Shown: in pieces, positions 29,930-39,153 of the stretch | How positions within the stretch are numbered: the first letter of the stretch is position 1 | Layout of the letters: every line of letters starts with the position of its first letter | Source: Promethearchaeota archaeon | GTDB lineage: Archaea; Asgardarchaeota; Lokiarchaeia; Sigyniarchaeales; SOKP01 | Direction: 5' to 3' | NCBI GenBank assembly: GCA_048939995.1 | Contig: JBHLOY010000011.1 | Coordinates: forward strand, 1-64,000 | Length of the DNA stretch: 64,000 nt | Program-made: the position numbers and the translations under genes | The notes under the pieces: model-generated | Seen by the model: the letters and a program-made list of their open reading frames with translations, nothing else | The model's database searches: none | Told to the model about the DNA's origin: nothing

Positions 29930-31123
29930 ATGAATGATTCAAGATATGTCTATTTGGATAATGCCGCAACTACTCCTATGGACCCTAGAGTTATTGAAGA
30001 AATAAATAAGCATTTCAGAGAGACATACGGCAACTCTTCAAGTTTACATACATTAGGGCAAAAAGCTGGGCAAATATTAGAAAAATCTCGTGAGACAATA
30101 GCTTCACTAATTAATGCCAAACGAGATGACATTTTTTTTACTTCCTCTGGAACAGAAGCAGATAATCTAGCTATTTTTGGAGTCGCCCACAGAAATAAAA
30201 AGAAAGGAAATCACATAATCAGCAGTTCTATTGAACATCATGCTGTGGAGAAGCCTTGTAAGCAACTAGAGAAAGAAGGATTTAAACTAACTTTTTTAAA
30301 AGTTGACAAATATGGATTAATCAATACCCAAGAATTAGAGAAAGAAATAACAGATAAAACTATTTTAGTTAGTATTATGGCCGCTAACAACGAAGTGGGT
30401 ACAATTCAACCCATAAAAGAAATAGGATCGATTGCTAAAAAACACAATGTGTTATTTCATACAGATGCTGTACAGGCATTTGGAAAAATCCCTATTAACG
30501 TTGAGGAAATGAATATAGATTTATTGTCAGCTAGTGCTCATAAATTGTATGGACCAAAAGGTATAGGTTTACTATATATTCGCAATAAGGGAGTTAAGGA
30601 AGGTTGGGGAAAATTTATTGAACCTCTTTTATTTGGAGGCGGTCATGAAAGAGATATGAGGCCCAGCACTGTAGCTGTACCTCTAATCGCTGGTTTTGCC
30701 AAAGCTGCAGACATTGCAAGACAAGAAATGGCTCAAGAAGCAAAAAGGGAAATTGAATTAAGAGATAAAATAATTAAATTCATTCTTAACAATATCGAGG
30801 ATTCATATCTAAATGGACATCCAACACAAAGGCTTCCTAACAATGTAAATGTAGGATTTAAGTACATTGAAGGAGAATCTATGGTTTTAGATTTAGATAT
30901 GGAGGGAATAGCCTCTTCAACTGGTTCAGCATGCTCTTCAAAATCACTAGATCCATCCCACGTATTATTAGCAATTGGATTAAAGCCGGATGAAGCTCAT
31001 GGATCATTAAGAATTACCCTGGGTAAATTCACTACTGAAAACGATGTTACCTACTTTTTAGATAAACTCCCTCCTATTATTGAAAGACTTAGGGAAATAT
31101 CTCCTCTAAAAAAGAAAAAATGA
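29930..31123 (+). CDS. iscS: Cysteine desulfurase (IscS/NifS type)
   Basis: YLDNAATTP, HTDAVQ, SAHKLYGPKG and STGSAC motifs. Confidence 0.96.
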   Translation: MNDSRYVYLDNAATTPMDPRVIEEINKHFRETYGNSSSLHTLGQKAGQILEKSRETIASLINAKRDDIFFTSSGTEADNLAIFGVAHRNKKKGNHIISSSIEHHAVEKPCKQLEKEGFKLTFLKVDKYGLINTQELEKEITDKTILVSIMAANNEVGTIQPIKEIGSIAKKHNVLFHTDAVQAFGKIPINVEEMNIDLLSASAHKLYGPKGIGLLYIRNKGVKEGWGKFIEPLLFGGGHERDMRPSTVAVPLIAGFAKAADIARQEMAQEAKREIELRDKIIKFILNNIEDSYLNGHPTQRLPNNVNVGFKYIEGESMVLDLDMEGIASSTGSACSSKSLDPSHVLLAIGLKPDEAHGSLRITLGKFTTENDVTYFLDKLPPIIERLREISPLKKKK

Positions 31124-31133
31124 ATAAGATACT

Positions 31134-32444
31134 TTATCCAGTAATAAGGGTTAGAATGAATAAATACCCAATAGATAAAATTATATGAATTATAGCAAAT
31201 ATTGCACCTACTTTTAGTAGTCGCTTAAAATTCAAATTTTCAACCTCATAATTCTGCGCGATTTTTAGCGTCATCATATCACAAGCAGCCCCTTGGGGAA
31301 TTAAGTTTCCTCCAATGTTAACAGCTATAATTAATGAATATAATAGGGGTACTGGAGCAAAACTATTGGGAGGAGCTAGAAGTAAATTGACTATTGGGAT
31401 GAAGATCAATGCTGTCGGTGTATTGGCAACAAAACCTGAAGTAAAACTTACTATTAGTAGAATAACTAAACTAAGAAGGAATGGATTTAATAATTGAAAT
31501 GGAATTCCACTAAAGAGACCTTCAAAATTGGCCTCAATTAAACATCCTATTACAATATATAAAGAAATAAAGAAGAAAATAATTTCCCACTCTACGTCTT
31601 TAAACAGATCGCTTGTTTTCTTCTTAGTAAATTTCTTATTTATTAAAACTAATATAAAGGCTGAAATTGCTGCCGTTAAATAAAGTAATGGCAAAACAGC
31701 GAAAAGTATAATTGTGATAATTATTCCAATACTATTAATATAGAATAATTTCTTGTTTGAAATCATTACATCAGAATCTACTAATTCTAATACAAACCTC
31801 TTTTGTTCCTCTTCAATTTCAGGCTCTTTAACTAAAAATAATTTATCCATTAAAAAGGCTGTAAAGAATAGAAGAAAAAAAGAGAATCCCCAATAGTATA
31901 CTATAAAATATAAGGTGTTTAATTCAAAAGCAACTGAAATAATAATGTTTTCTCCGCTTGAAAAGGGAGTAATAATAGATCCAATATTAATACAAATAGT
32001 CATACCTAATAAATAAGTTCCTGCTCGAATCTTCAAGAAGCGACATAACCTAATTACAACTGGAGCTAATATTAATACAACTACAACATCACTAATAATT
32101 GAAGCAAGTAATGTTGTGATTAGGCAAATTAGATAAAAAAATAATCTCCTATTTCCCTTCGAAAACTTAAAGAGTTTCACTGCTAGAAATTCTAATATAT
32201 TAGAATCTTGAGCTATTTTAGTAATAAGACTCATACATAAGATTACAATAATAGCTTCAAATTCAATGTACTGAATAAAGCCTTTAATATCTACTTTTTT
32301 TATTAAACCCGTTATTGTAGCGGCTATAAAACAACCTAGTAATGAAATAGCTACAAAATCCAGACTTTTAGATGAATAACTAATTAAGATGATGGCAAAA
32401 ATGCTAAAAATTATAATTAAAAGGATTATATCTTCTAAAATTAT
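31134..32444 (-). CDS. ArsB/NhaD (ion-transporter superfamily) permease, probable ATA start
   Basis: NIGSIITPFSSGEN and NIGGNLIPQGAACD motifs. The frame is open 70 codons upstream of ATG 32234 and encodes extra TM helices. GTGAT SD lies 5 nt before ATA 32444. Confidence 0.85.
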   Translation of the reverse strand: MILEDIILLIIIFSIFAIILISYSSKSLDFVAISLLGCFIAATITGLIKKVDIKGFIQYIEFEAIIVILCMSLITKIAQDSNILEFLAVKLFKFSKGNRRLFFYLICLITTLLASIISDVVVVLILAPVVIRLCRFLKIRAGTYLLGMTICINIGSIITPFSSGENIIISVAFELNTLYFIVYYWGFSFFLLFFTAFLMDKLFLVKEPEIEEEQKRFVLELVDSDVMISNKKLFYINSIGIIITIILFAVLPLLYLTAAISAFILVLINKKFTKKKTSDLFKDVEWEIIFFFISLYIVIGCLIEANFEGLFSGIPFQLLNPFLLSLVILLIVSFTSGFVANTPTALIFIPIVNLLLAPPNSFAPVPLLYSLIIAVNIGGNLIPQGAACDMMTLKIAQNYEVENLNFKRLLKVGAIFAIIHIILSIGYLFILTLITG

Positions 32445-32580
32445 GGCAAATCACAGTTTAGACAAATAATAAATATAGAAACTAATCAATAATAAAAAAT
32501 TATTTAATTAAAGATGGGAAAAAAATTCTAATTGAGGCTAAGTATAGATTTTATTAATTATATATTAAAGAAGAATTATT

Positions 32581-32796
32581 TTGAATAGAGAAGTAATTTT
32601 TCTCAGATTGACGGATGTAGGACGAAGTATTGATCTAAATAGAGCGAAAAATATATTTCCAGGTATTCCAGATAAACGAATAGTTAAAACAAAAGATAAC
32701 CCCTACAATGTTAATATTACTGAAGCGTTAAAGTTAGAATTAACTCAAAATATCTCTTTTTCTAATTTTAGACTTCTTTATATAGAGGTTATATAA
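32581..32796 (+). pseudogene. Probable truncated gene (N-terminal fragment)
   Basis: A 71-aa protein-like N-terminus that runs into the 3' end of the convergent gene. Confidence 0.4.
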
Positions 32797-34717
32797 ACCT
32801 CTTTTCAGCAGAATTTAAGATTTTAGCTAACATATCTTTATATGAAATACCGGCAAATTGTGACATTTTTGCTAAGTGCCCGTCCCAGCACCATCCTGGG
32901 TTGGGGTTAACCTCTAATAGTTTTGGATTTCCATCACTATCTAGCCGCCAGTCAAAACGAGCATAATCTTGACATTCTAATCTGGTGAATAACTTTACAG
33001 AAGAGTTCTCAATTGTCTGAATTACTTCATCTGGAAGTTCTGCAGGTATAGATCTGAGATTCCAATAAGGAGAGTCTGGCAACCATTTCGCTTCGTATCC
33101 ACATATGTTTGGTAAACCAGAGGGTAAACCTGAATAATCCTCCTCGATTATTGGGAGCATAATGTAATCATATGGAGGATTTCCTATGATTCCTAAAGAC
33201 AAATCTTTACCCGGTAGGAATTGTTCTATTAGAATTGGTTTATCATATCCAAATTTGTTTCTAATATCTGTTATAGCATTTAATAATTGTTCTCCATTCT
33301 CAACTACACTATTTTGGGTAATTCCAAAACTAGAATCCCCAAAATTAGGTTTAACAATTGCAGGGAAATATAAGGGTAAATCTATAATTTTATCTTCTGG
33401 CTTTATAAATATAGATTCCGGCACTGGTATCTCTAGATCCTTTGCAATGCCTCTAATTAATGATTTATCATAGCAAAATGCCAGGCATTGAGGATTAGAA
33501 CCCGTATATGAAAATTTTAATATCTCTAAAAGAGCAGGTATATGTAATTCTTTCCGAGGATCATTAGAATAGCCTTCATCACATAAGTTAAAGACATAAT
33601 CTACTTTTCCCTTCAATTTTTCTAAATCGTGAATCAAAGTATCATGATTGTTTAAGTAAATAAAGCTATATCCTTTCAATTCTTTTAGAGCAGACTTTAA
33701 CTGATCTATTGTGTAGAAATCATCATCATCGAAAATTGTAGAAGGTTTTATCGTATCTGGTTTATTTGGGTCTCCAAAAAGAACTACTACGTTCTTTAAT
33801 ACTGGTATTCCTTTTTTTTTTGTTTCCGTCCACTCCTTCTTAGCAATAGCTGTTACTATTATTCTTCTTTCCATCATTCCTAAATCTTGTTGTCTTTGAG
33901 AATCTGGTGTTATTGTTCCATGAAATTTAATATCACTGAAACCTGCTTTTTCCAATATTTCTGAAATATTTTTTTTAGAATAGAGTCTTTCAGCATAAAA
34001 TTGATCGACCAGAACTCCTTTATTAACATGGCTAATAACCTCTCTAGAGATTAGCCTTTGATTATCTAAAGATAGTGAACGCTCACGACAAACAAAATAA
34101 TTCTTATCGATCCATTCCCATGAACGTGGTTGGAAATTATCTTTTACATATTCTCCATCTGTAATGTCAATTAATACTTTTCCCCAGGGTTTTAATGTAC
34201 GAAATGTTTCTTTTAATACAAGATAATCATCGTTGATAGATTCAAAATAACCAAAACTATTTCCTAGTATTGTAATAAAGTCAAAACTGTCTGGAGAATA
34301 AGGTAGCTTACGTGCATCTCCTTCTCGAAACTTTACTATTATTCCCATTTTTTTTGCAGTACTTTTAGCTTTTTGAATTAAATATCTTGATCGATCTATG
34401 CCTTCAACATTTTCAAATCCTCGTTTTGCTAATTCAATCGAATGCCTACCTTGACCACAACAAAGATCTAATATATGTTGATCAGGGCGAATTCCCAAAA
34501 TCTTAGAAAAAACATCAATTTCTGTGGAGGTAATCTTCTGATCTTCAACCACATCCCCATCGGTTTTTAAATAATATGCATTAAAGATATTTCTCCACCA
34601 GTCTTTTTTTACAAATTCCTCCAAATTCGAGACTGGGCCAAGACAAACAGGTTTTAATGTCTCCCTTTTACTTGTTAAAGATTTTTTATTCCCAGGATTA
34701 TTTTGCTTTAGTGACAT
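32789..34717 (-). CDS. Fusion of a class I SAM methyltransferase and a D-Ala-D-Ala-ligase-like ATP-grasp domain
   Basis: LDLCCGQGRH and EGDARKLPY (methyltransferase); VFNLCDEG, IVKPNFGDSSFG, YARFDWR and LLEVNPNPG (ATP-grasp). Confidence 0.9.
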   Translation of the reverse strand: MSLKQNNPGNKKSLTSKRETLKPVCLGPVSNLEEFVKKDWWRNIFNAYYLKTDGDVVEDQKITSTEIDVFSKILGIRPDQHILDLCCGQGRHSIELAKRGFENVEGIDRSRYLIQKAKSTAKKMGIIVKFREGDARKLPYSPDSFDFITILGNSFGYFESINDDYLVLKETFRTLKPWGKVLIDITDGEYVKDNFQPRSWEWIDKNYFVCRERSLSLDNQRLISREVISHVNKGVLVDQFYAERLYSKKNISEILEKAGFSDIKFHGTITPDSQRQQDLGMMERRIIVTAIAKKEWTETKKKGIPVLKNVVVLFGDPNKPDTIKPSTIFDDDDFYTIDQLKSALKELKGYSFIYLNNHDTLIHDLEKLKGKVDYVFNLCDEGYSNDPRKELHIPALLEILKFSYTGSNPQCLAFCYDKSLIRGIAKDLEIPVPESIFIKPEDKIIDLPLYFPAIVKPNFGDSSFGITQNSVVENGEQLLNAITDIRNKFGYDKPILIEQFLPGKDLSLGIIGNPPYDYIMLPIIEEDYSGLPSGLPNICGYEAKWLPDSPYWNLRSIPAELPDEVIQTIENSSVKLFTRLECQDYARFDWRLDSDGNPKLLEVNPNPGWCWDGHLAKMSQFAGISYKDMLAKILNSAEKRFI

Positions 34718-35252
34718 TTTTAAATTCTTATTATAGATGTATTTGAATAACGAAAATTTTAATAATTCTTTTTAGAAATAGATTTTGAATACGATTTATA
34801 GGTGATATTCTTTTATTCATCAATTTTATTTTTCATGATGTTTAATGAAAAGTGCTTAGATTTAAATGAAGTATATCAATTATTTAAAATTTTTTATTTT
34901 ATCTTATTAGATAATAAATAAGATTAATTGCTTTTTAGATTCCAAATATCTCCAAAATGGGATAACTGATAATGATTCTTATGTAATCATAAACTATTTT
35001 AAGACTTATTAAAGCTTTAGGTCAATAAAACTAGAGTACTTAAATTATTCTTTTTATTATAAGCATTTTTCTCTAAAATTGGCCTTTTTGAATATTTTTT
35101 TTCTAGATTTTTGCAAACTGGATATAATAATTAATTTCTTTACCTTAAATAGTAATTAAAAATCCAATAAATTGGAAATATTTATATATGATTTTGATTT
35201 CTTACGGTATTTGAAAATATATATAAAATAATCTAAAATAGAGCTGAAAAGT

Positions 35253-35426
35253 TTGAATAATGAAATCACAACAGATTTAGGGAAAGATGAAGATGAGGAT
35301 TGGGATGAAGATGAGGATTGGGATGAAGATGAGGAATGGGATGAAGATGAGGAATGGGATGAAGACGAGGATTGGGATGAAGACGATGATTTAGACGATT
35401 ATGACGATGATGACGATGATGATTAG
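35253..35426 (+). CDS. Unannotated 57-aa hyper-acidic protein with tandem WDEDE(D/E) repeats
   Basis: TTG start, MNNEITTDLGKDEDED(WDEDE[D/E])x4 WDEDDDLDDYDDDDDDD, TAG stop. The 18-nt repeat units differ only at third codon positions in this frame. Confidence 0.75.
   Translation: MNNEITTDLGKDEDEDWDEDEDWDEDEEWDEDEEWDEDEDWDEDDDLDDYDDDDDDD
35286..35390 (+). repeat. Tandem 18-nt coding repeat GATGAAGA(T/C)GAGGA(T/A)TGG, about 5.5 copies
   Basis: Seen directly. Confidence 0.9.
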
Positions 35427-35530
35427 TAACTAGCAATCGAAATTGAAGGAAGTTTTTCAAATCAGGATTTTTTTAAATTAGATTCTTTTTTTGAATAAAA
35501 ATTTAATTTCAATATGAATTTTGATAACTT

Positions 35531-36199
35531 ATGTCAAAATTAGATAGTCCGAAATATCTTGCGATCCTCATATTAATTGGAGGTAAAAGTACTCGCTTCG
35601 GTACTGAGAAAGCTGTCGTTGAATTATTTGGAAAACCGCTTATCTTACATCAAATCGAAACATTAGCCAAATTCGATCAAAATATCTTCTTAATAGCTCA
35701 CTCAGATGAACAAATCTACAATTATAAGAGTGAAATTGATTTTCCAAGAGAAGTTACTTTTATTGTTGATGATCGCGAGATTTTTAAACATCCCAAAATC
35801 TATCGTCCAATGCTTGGAGTTTATTCCGGATTTAAGGAACTATTTAGACAAAGCTTCGAAAAAGCTTTTGTTTTATCATGTGATATGCCATTAATTAAAC
35901 CTGAAGTAATAGAATTTATGATTAAGCAATCTGCAGGTTATGAGTGCCTAATACCCCGATGGAAAAACGGATTTCTAGAACCTTATTTTGCGATTTATCC
36001 TGTTGAAAAAGGATATCAAAAAGCAAAGGAAATTTTGTTAAGCGAAAACTACGGATTACTTAACTTAATAGATAAAAATTGGAAGATTAATCATATTTCA
36101 GTGGAAGAGGAACTACAACCTTTAGATAAGAATTTATTAAGTTTAATTAATATTAAAGGTCCAATTGATCTACAAAAATTGACAAAATTATATCAATAA
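35531..36199 (+). CDS. mobA: Molybdenum cofactor guanylyltransferase
   Basis: LIGGKSTRFGTEKA, LSCDMP and EPYFAIY motifs. Confidence 0.9.
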   Translation: MSKLDSPKYLAILILIGGKSTRFGTEKAVVELFGKPLILHQIETLAKFDQNIFLIAHSDEQIYNYKSEIDFPREVTFIVDDREIFKHPKIYRPMLGVYSGFKELFRQSFEKAFVLSCDMPLIKPEVIEFMIKQSAGYECLIPRWKNGFLEPYFAIYPVEKGYQKAKEILLSENYGLLNLIDKNWKINHISVEEELQPLDKNLLSLINIKGPIDLQKLTKLYQ

Positions 36200-36209
36200 G
36201 GAGAAAAAT

Positions 36210-36422
36210 ATGTTAGGATTAACTTTTCAAATTTTTCCTTCAAAGATTCTTATTATTCTGCCATTTTTACTTATACTTATTATTTCCCTAATCATATTAT
36301 TGAAATTAATAATTTCTGAGTTTAAAAATCAATCATCTGAGCAAGAAATATTGATTTGCCTATTTGGGGTCATTTTTTTTTTGTTATTATCGGTAATACT
36401 AGGTATGAGTATAATGTCTTAA
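36210..36422 (+). CDS. Small two-TM membrane protein
   Basis: Two hydrophobic segments. AAGGAG SD upstream of the ATG. Confidence 0.6.
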   Translation: MLGLTFQIFPSKILIILPFLLILIISLIILLKLIISEFKNQSSEQEILICLFGVIFFLLLSVILGMSIMS

Positions 36423-36471
36423 GAATAAAACTAAAAAGTTAAAATTTAAGATTTCATATCAAGTGATTATA

Positions 36472-36882
36472 ATGGATGGGAAAGAATACCAATTTAATCA
36501 AATAAAAGAGGATATAATCGTTTTAAAAGAGGAATATAAAAAAAAGGGTAAAGAATATGGAATTGTAAAAATGGCCAAGAAACAAATTAGTGCCTTTGTA
36601 GAAGCTATCGATTTAATATCAGTTTCTCCTTCGATATCATCTAAATTTAGTGAAAAAGTAGAAAAATTCATATTTCCTAGATTTATGGAACTTAATAATA
36701 TCACATATAGCGAAAAAACATTACCATCTGAGGTTAGTATCGAGTTATCAAAAGAAAATCAAAAAAATCTTATTAATGCTCTTGAATATTCTAGTGTAAT
36801 TGTAGGATTAGAAGAAAGAGGTTACTCTATTAAAGAGTTAAGAGAGGTTTTGAAAAAGATATCTTTTTTTAAAGAAAAATAA
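36472..36882 (+). CDS. Hypothetical protein
   Basis: ORF with GTGAT SD preceding ATG 36472. Confidence 0.65.
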   Translation: MDGKEYQFNQIKEDIIVLKEEYKKKGKEYGIVKMAKKQISAFVEAIDLISVSPSISSKFSEKVEKFIFPRFMELNNITYSEKTLPSEVSIELSKENQKNLINALEYSSVIVGLEERGYSIKELREVLKKISFFKEK

Positions 36883-36965
36883 TAGTTGTTCATTTTTTTA
36901 TGTATATGTATAACTTCAAATTCATTAAAATATTTTATTCTAACTTAAAATTAGTGAGAATATAA

Positions 36966-37583
36966 ATGGTATTTAAAAGTATTAATCGAATTAAAGCTGC
37001 CTTACCAGAAGTAATTCACATCGCAATGTTCTATAATAATGGAACTATTTTTCAAACTACATTTGGATCTGATATAAATATCCCTAAATTAGGTGAAAAT
37101 CTAGCTGAAGCATTACATCACATGCAAAAAATATATGAATTTTGTAATTTAAAAGCTGAAGAATATAAAAAGCTTATATTTGAAACGGAAGATATGTCTT
37201 CGATAATCTTAAAGCTTGGAGAAGACAGTAATATCGCATTATTTTTTAAAAAAGAAGAAGATAAAGAATTAAGAATAAGTGCTATTAGAAGATATCTAAA
37301 CAAAATTGAAGACATCATGGATATGGATGCAAATGAAATATTATTCCAAGAAATCCTAGTTAAGGAAGAAGAATTAAAAAAGTTAAATAATGATCTGCAA
37401 AAAAATCAAGAAGAAATTAATATCTTAAATGAAAAAGTCAAAGATTCTGGAATGTCTCAGGAAAGACAAATGGTTTTAAAGAAAATAAATGAAAACACTG
37501 AGGAATACTTTAAAATTAAGAAGCAGATTGAAGAAGTTAACTCTGAAATTGAAAATCTTAAAAAGGAAATTGTGAATAAATAA
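36966..37583 (+). CDS. Roadblock/LC7-like domain plus C-terminal coiled coil
   Basis: Helix, then IAMFYNNGTIF, helix, then LIFETEDMSSIILKL...IALFF topology, followed by a heptad tail. Confidence 0.65.
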   Translation: MVFKSINRIKAALPEVIHIAMFYNNGTIFQTTFGSDINIPKLGENLAEALHHMQKIYEFCNLKAEEYKKLIFETEDMSSIILKLGEDSNIALFFKKEEDKELRISAIRRYLNKIEDIMDMDANEILFQEILVKEEELKKLNNDLQKNQEEINILNEKVKDSGMSQERQMVLKKINENTEEYFKIKKQIEEVNSEIENLKKEIVNK

Positions 37584-37611
37584 ACAAGACAGAACTTTAA
37601 AGAAAATTACA

Positions 37612-39069
37612 ATGTGGATTAGTAATGTCATCATTTTAGGGTGTTTTGTAGGCGTAGTTCTTCTAATTTTAACAAATAAATTAAACAGAGCAATCGCAGC
37701 TTTACTAGGCGCATTAATTGCATTTTTTACATTAATATTTATTGAAGATCTAGCTTTTCCAATAATAGTAGAATTTCTATTTGGGAGTCCGCCTCCAGGG
37801 GGAGATAATTTTGTTAATTTACACTCTCTAATTTTAATATTAAGTATGATGATTATAGTTCAAATTGCTCATGAAGCAGGATTGTTTCAATTTATTTCAA
37901 TAAGTTTAATAAAATTAACTGGTGAGAAACCAATTTATATTCTAGTAATTTTTTCAATTATAACAGTTATTCTTTCTTCAATTTTAAACAATATCCTAAC
38001 TGTTATCATTTTGATTCCCTTGATAATTACTGTTTCTCGTATTTTAAGTGTAAATCCATCTCCATATATCCTCACTCAAGCGATTTTAGTAAATATTGGA
38101 GGAACTTTTTTTTCCATCTCATCAATACCTAATATCTTAATAACCAGTTATGCACAAATCTCATTTATAGATTTTTTTTTAAACGTGGGCATAATTTCAT
38201 TATTTACATTTCCTCTAACTTTACTCTTTTTCATTTTTCTTTATAAGAAGGATTTGGAGGTGCCTACTGGGGGTTTTGAAATTTTAAAAGAATTTAATAT
38301 CTGGAATTTTGTACAAAATAGAGTCCTCTTATATAAATCAGCATTTGCTTTAGCCATTACTCTTACTCTTTTCATTGTTATACCTCCCTCACTTATTTCA
38401 ATTGACATTATTGCTCTAACGGTAGCAATAATATTGATAATTACTAGTAAATTGAATGCTAAAGTTATAATTGGAAAAATAGATTTTGAATTATTGCTAT
38501 ATCTTCTCGGAATTTTTATTATCTCAGGAGCTTTAGAATATACGGGAATATTAGATTTATTGGGAGCGTGGATGTCAACCATTGTGGGAGGGGATCCTTT
38601 AAGTCAAATCTTAATTATAATATGGTTTTCTGGATATTTGAGTAGTAATATTGATAATATTCCTATTACTAAAGTATTAATCCCTGTTATAAGCAACATG
38701 CCAGATATCCCTTCGCTTGATAATATAAATCAACCTTATTATAGTCTTGCTCTTGGAGCAAATTGGGGAGATAACTTGACTCCTATGGGTGATAATATAC
38801 TGGTTGCTAATATCGCTGAACAAAATAAACGCCCAATTAGTATGAAACAATTCTTTAAATTAGGATTCTTTACAACAAACTTTCAATTGTTAATAGTCTC
38901 TCTCTATTTTACTTTACTCTACCAATTATTTACAGGAGTTCTTATTATTTTGACAATCTTTTCTGCAATGCTAATCCTTTATCTATTTCAAAAAATATCT
39001 TCGAAAAAAGGAGAAATATCAAAGATTAATCGATTAATCACAAAAATTAGGAATTTTATTATTAAATAA
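37612..39069 (+). CDS. ArsB/NhaD (P-protein-like) permease
   Basis: SSILNNILTV, VNIGG...SSIPNILI, SSNIDNIP and GANWGDNLTPMGDN motifs. Confidence 0.88.
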   Translation: MWISNVIILGCFVGVVLLILTNKLNRAIAALLGALIAFFTLIFIEDLAFPIIVEFLFGSPPPGGDNFVNLHSLILILSMMIIVQIAHEAGLFQFISISLIKLTGEKPIYILVIFSIITVILSSILNNILTVIILIPLIITVSRILSVNPSPYILTQAILVNIGGTFFSISSIPNILITSYAQISFIDFFLNVGIISLFTFPLTLLFFIFLYKKDLEVPTGGFEILKEFNIWNFVQNRVLLYKSAFALAITLTLFIVIPPSLISIDIIALTVAIILIITSKLNAKVIIGKIDFELLLYLLGIFIISGALEYTGILDLLGAWMSTIVGGDPLSQILIIIWFSGYLSSNIDNIPITKVLIPVISNMPDIPSLDNINQPYYSLALGANWGDNLTPMGDNILVANIAEQNKRPISMKQFFKLGFFTTNFQLLIVSLYFTLLYQLFTGVLIILTIFSAMLILYLFQKISSKKGEISKINRLITKIRNFIIK

Positions 39070-39153
39070 TAGCAAAATCATTGAATAAGTTTTACCACTA
39101 GCAATTTTTAGAAAAACGAAATTGTTTTCTTAAGTGAAAAATTCCTTAAACCA

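Noticed and set aside
35286-35390. CRISPR array
   Set aside because: The 18-nt units are directly adjacent with no unique spacers. It is a coding tandem repeat.
35266-35460. Minus-strand His/Pro-repeat ORF (64 aa)
   Set aside because: Antisense shadow of the acidic repeat gene on the plus strand.
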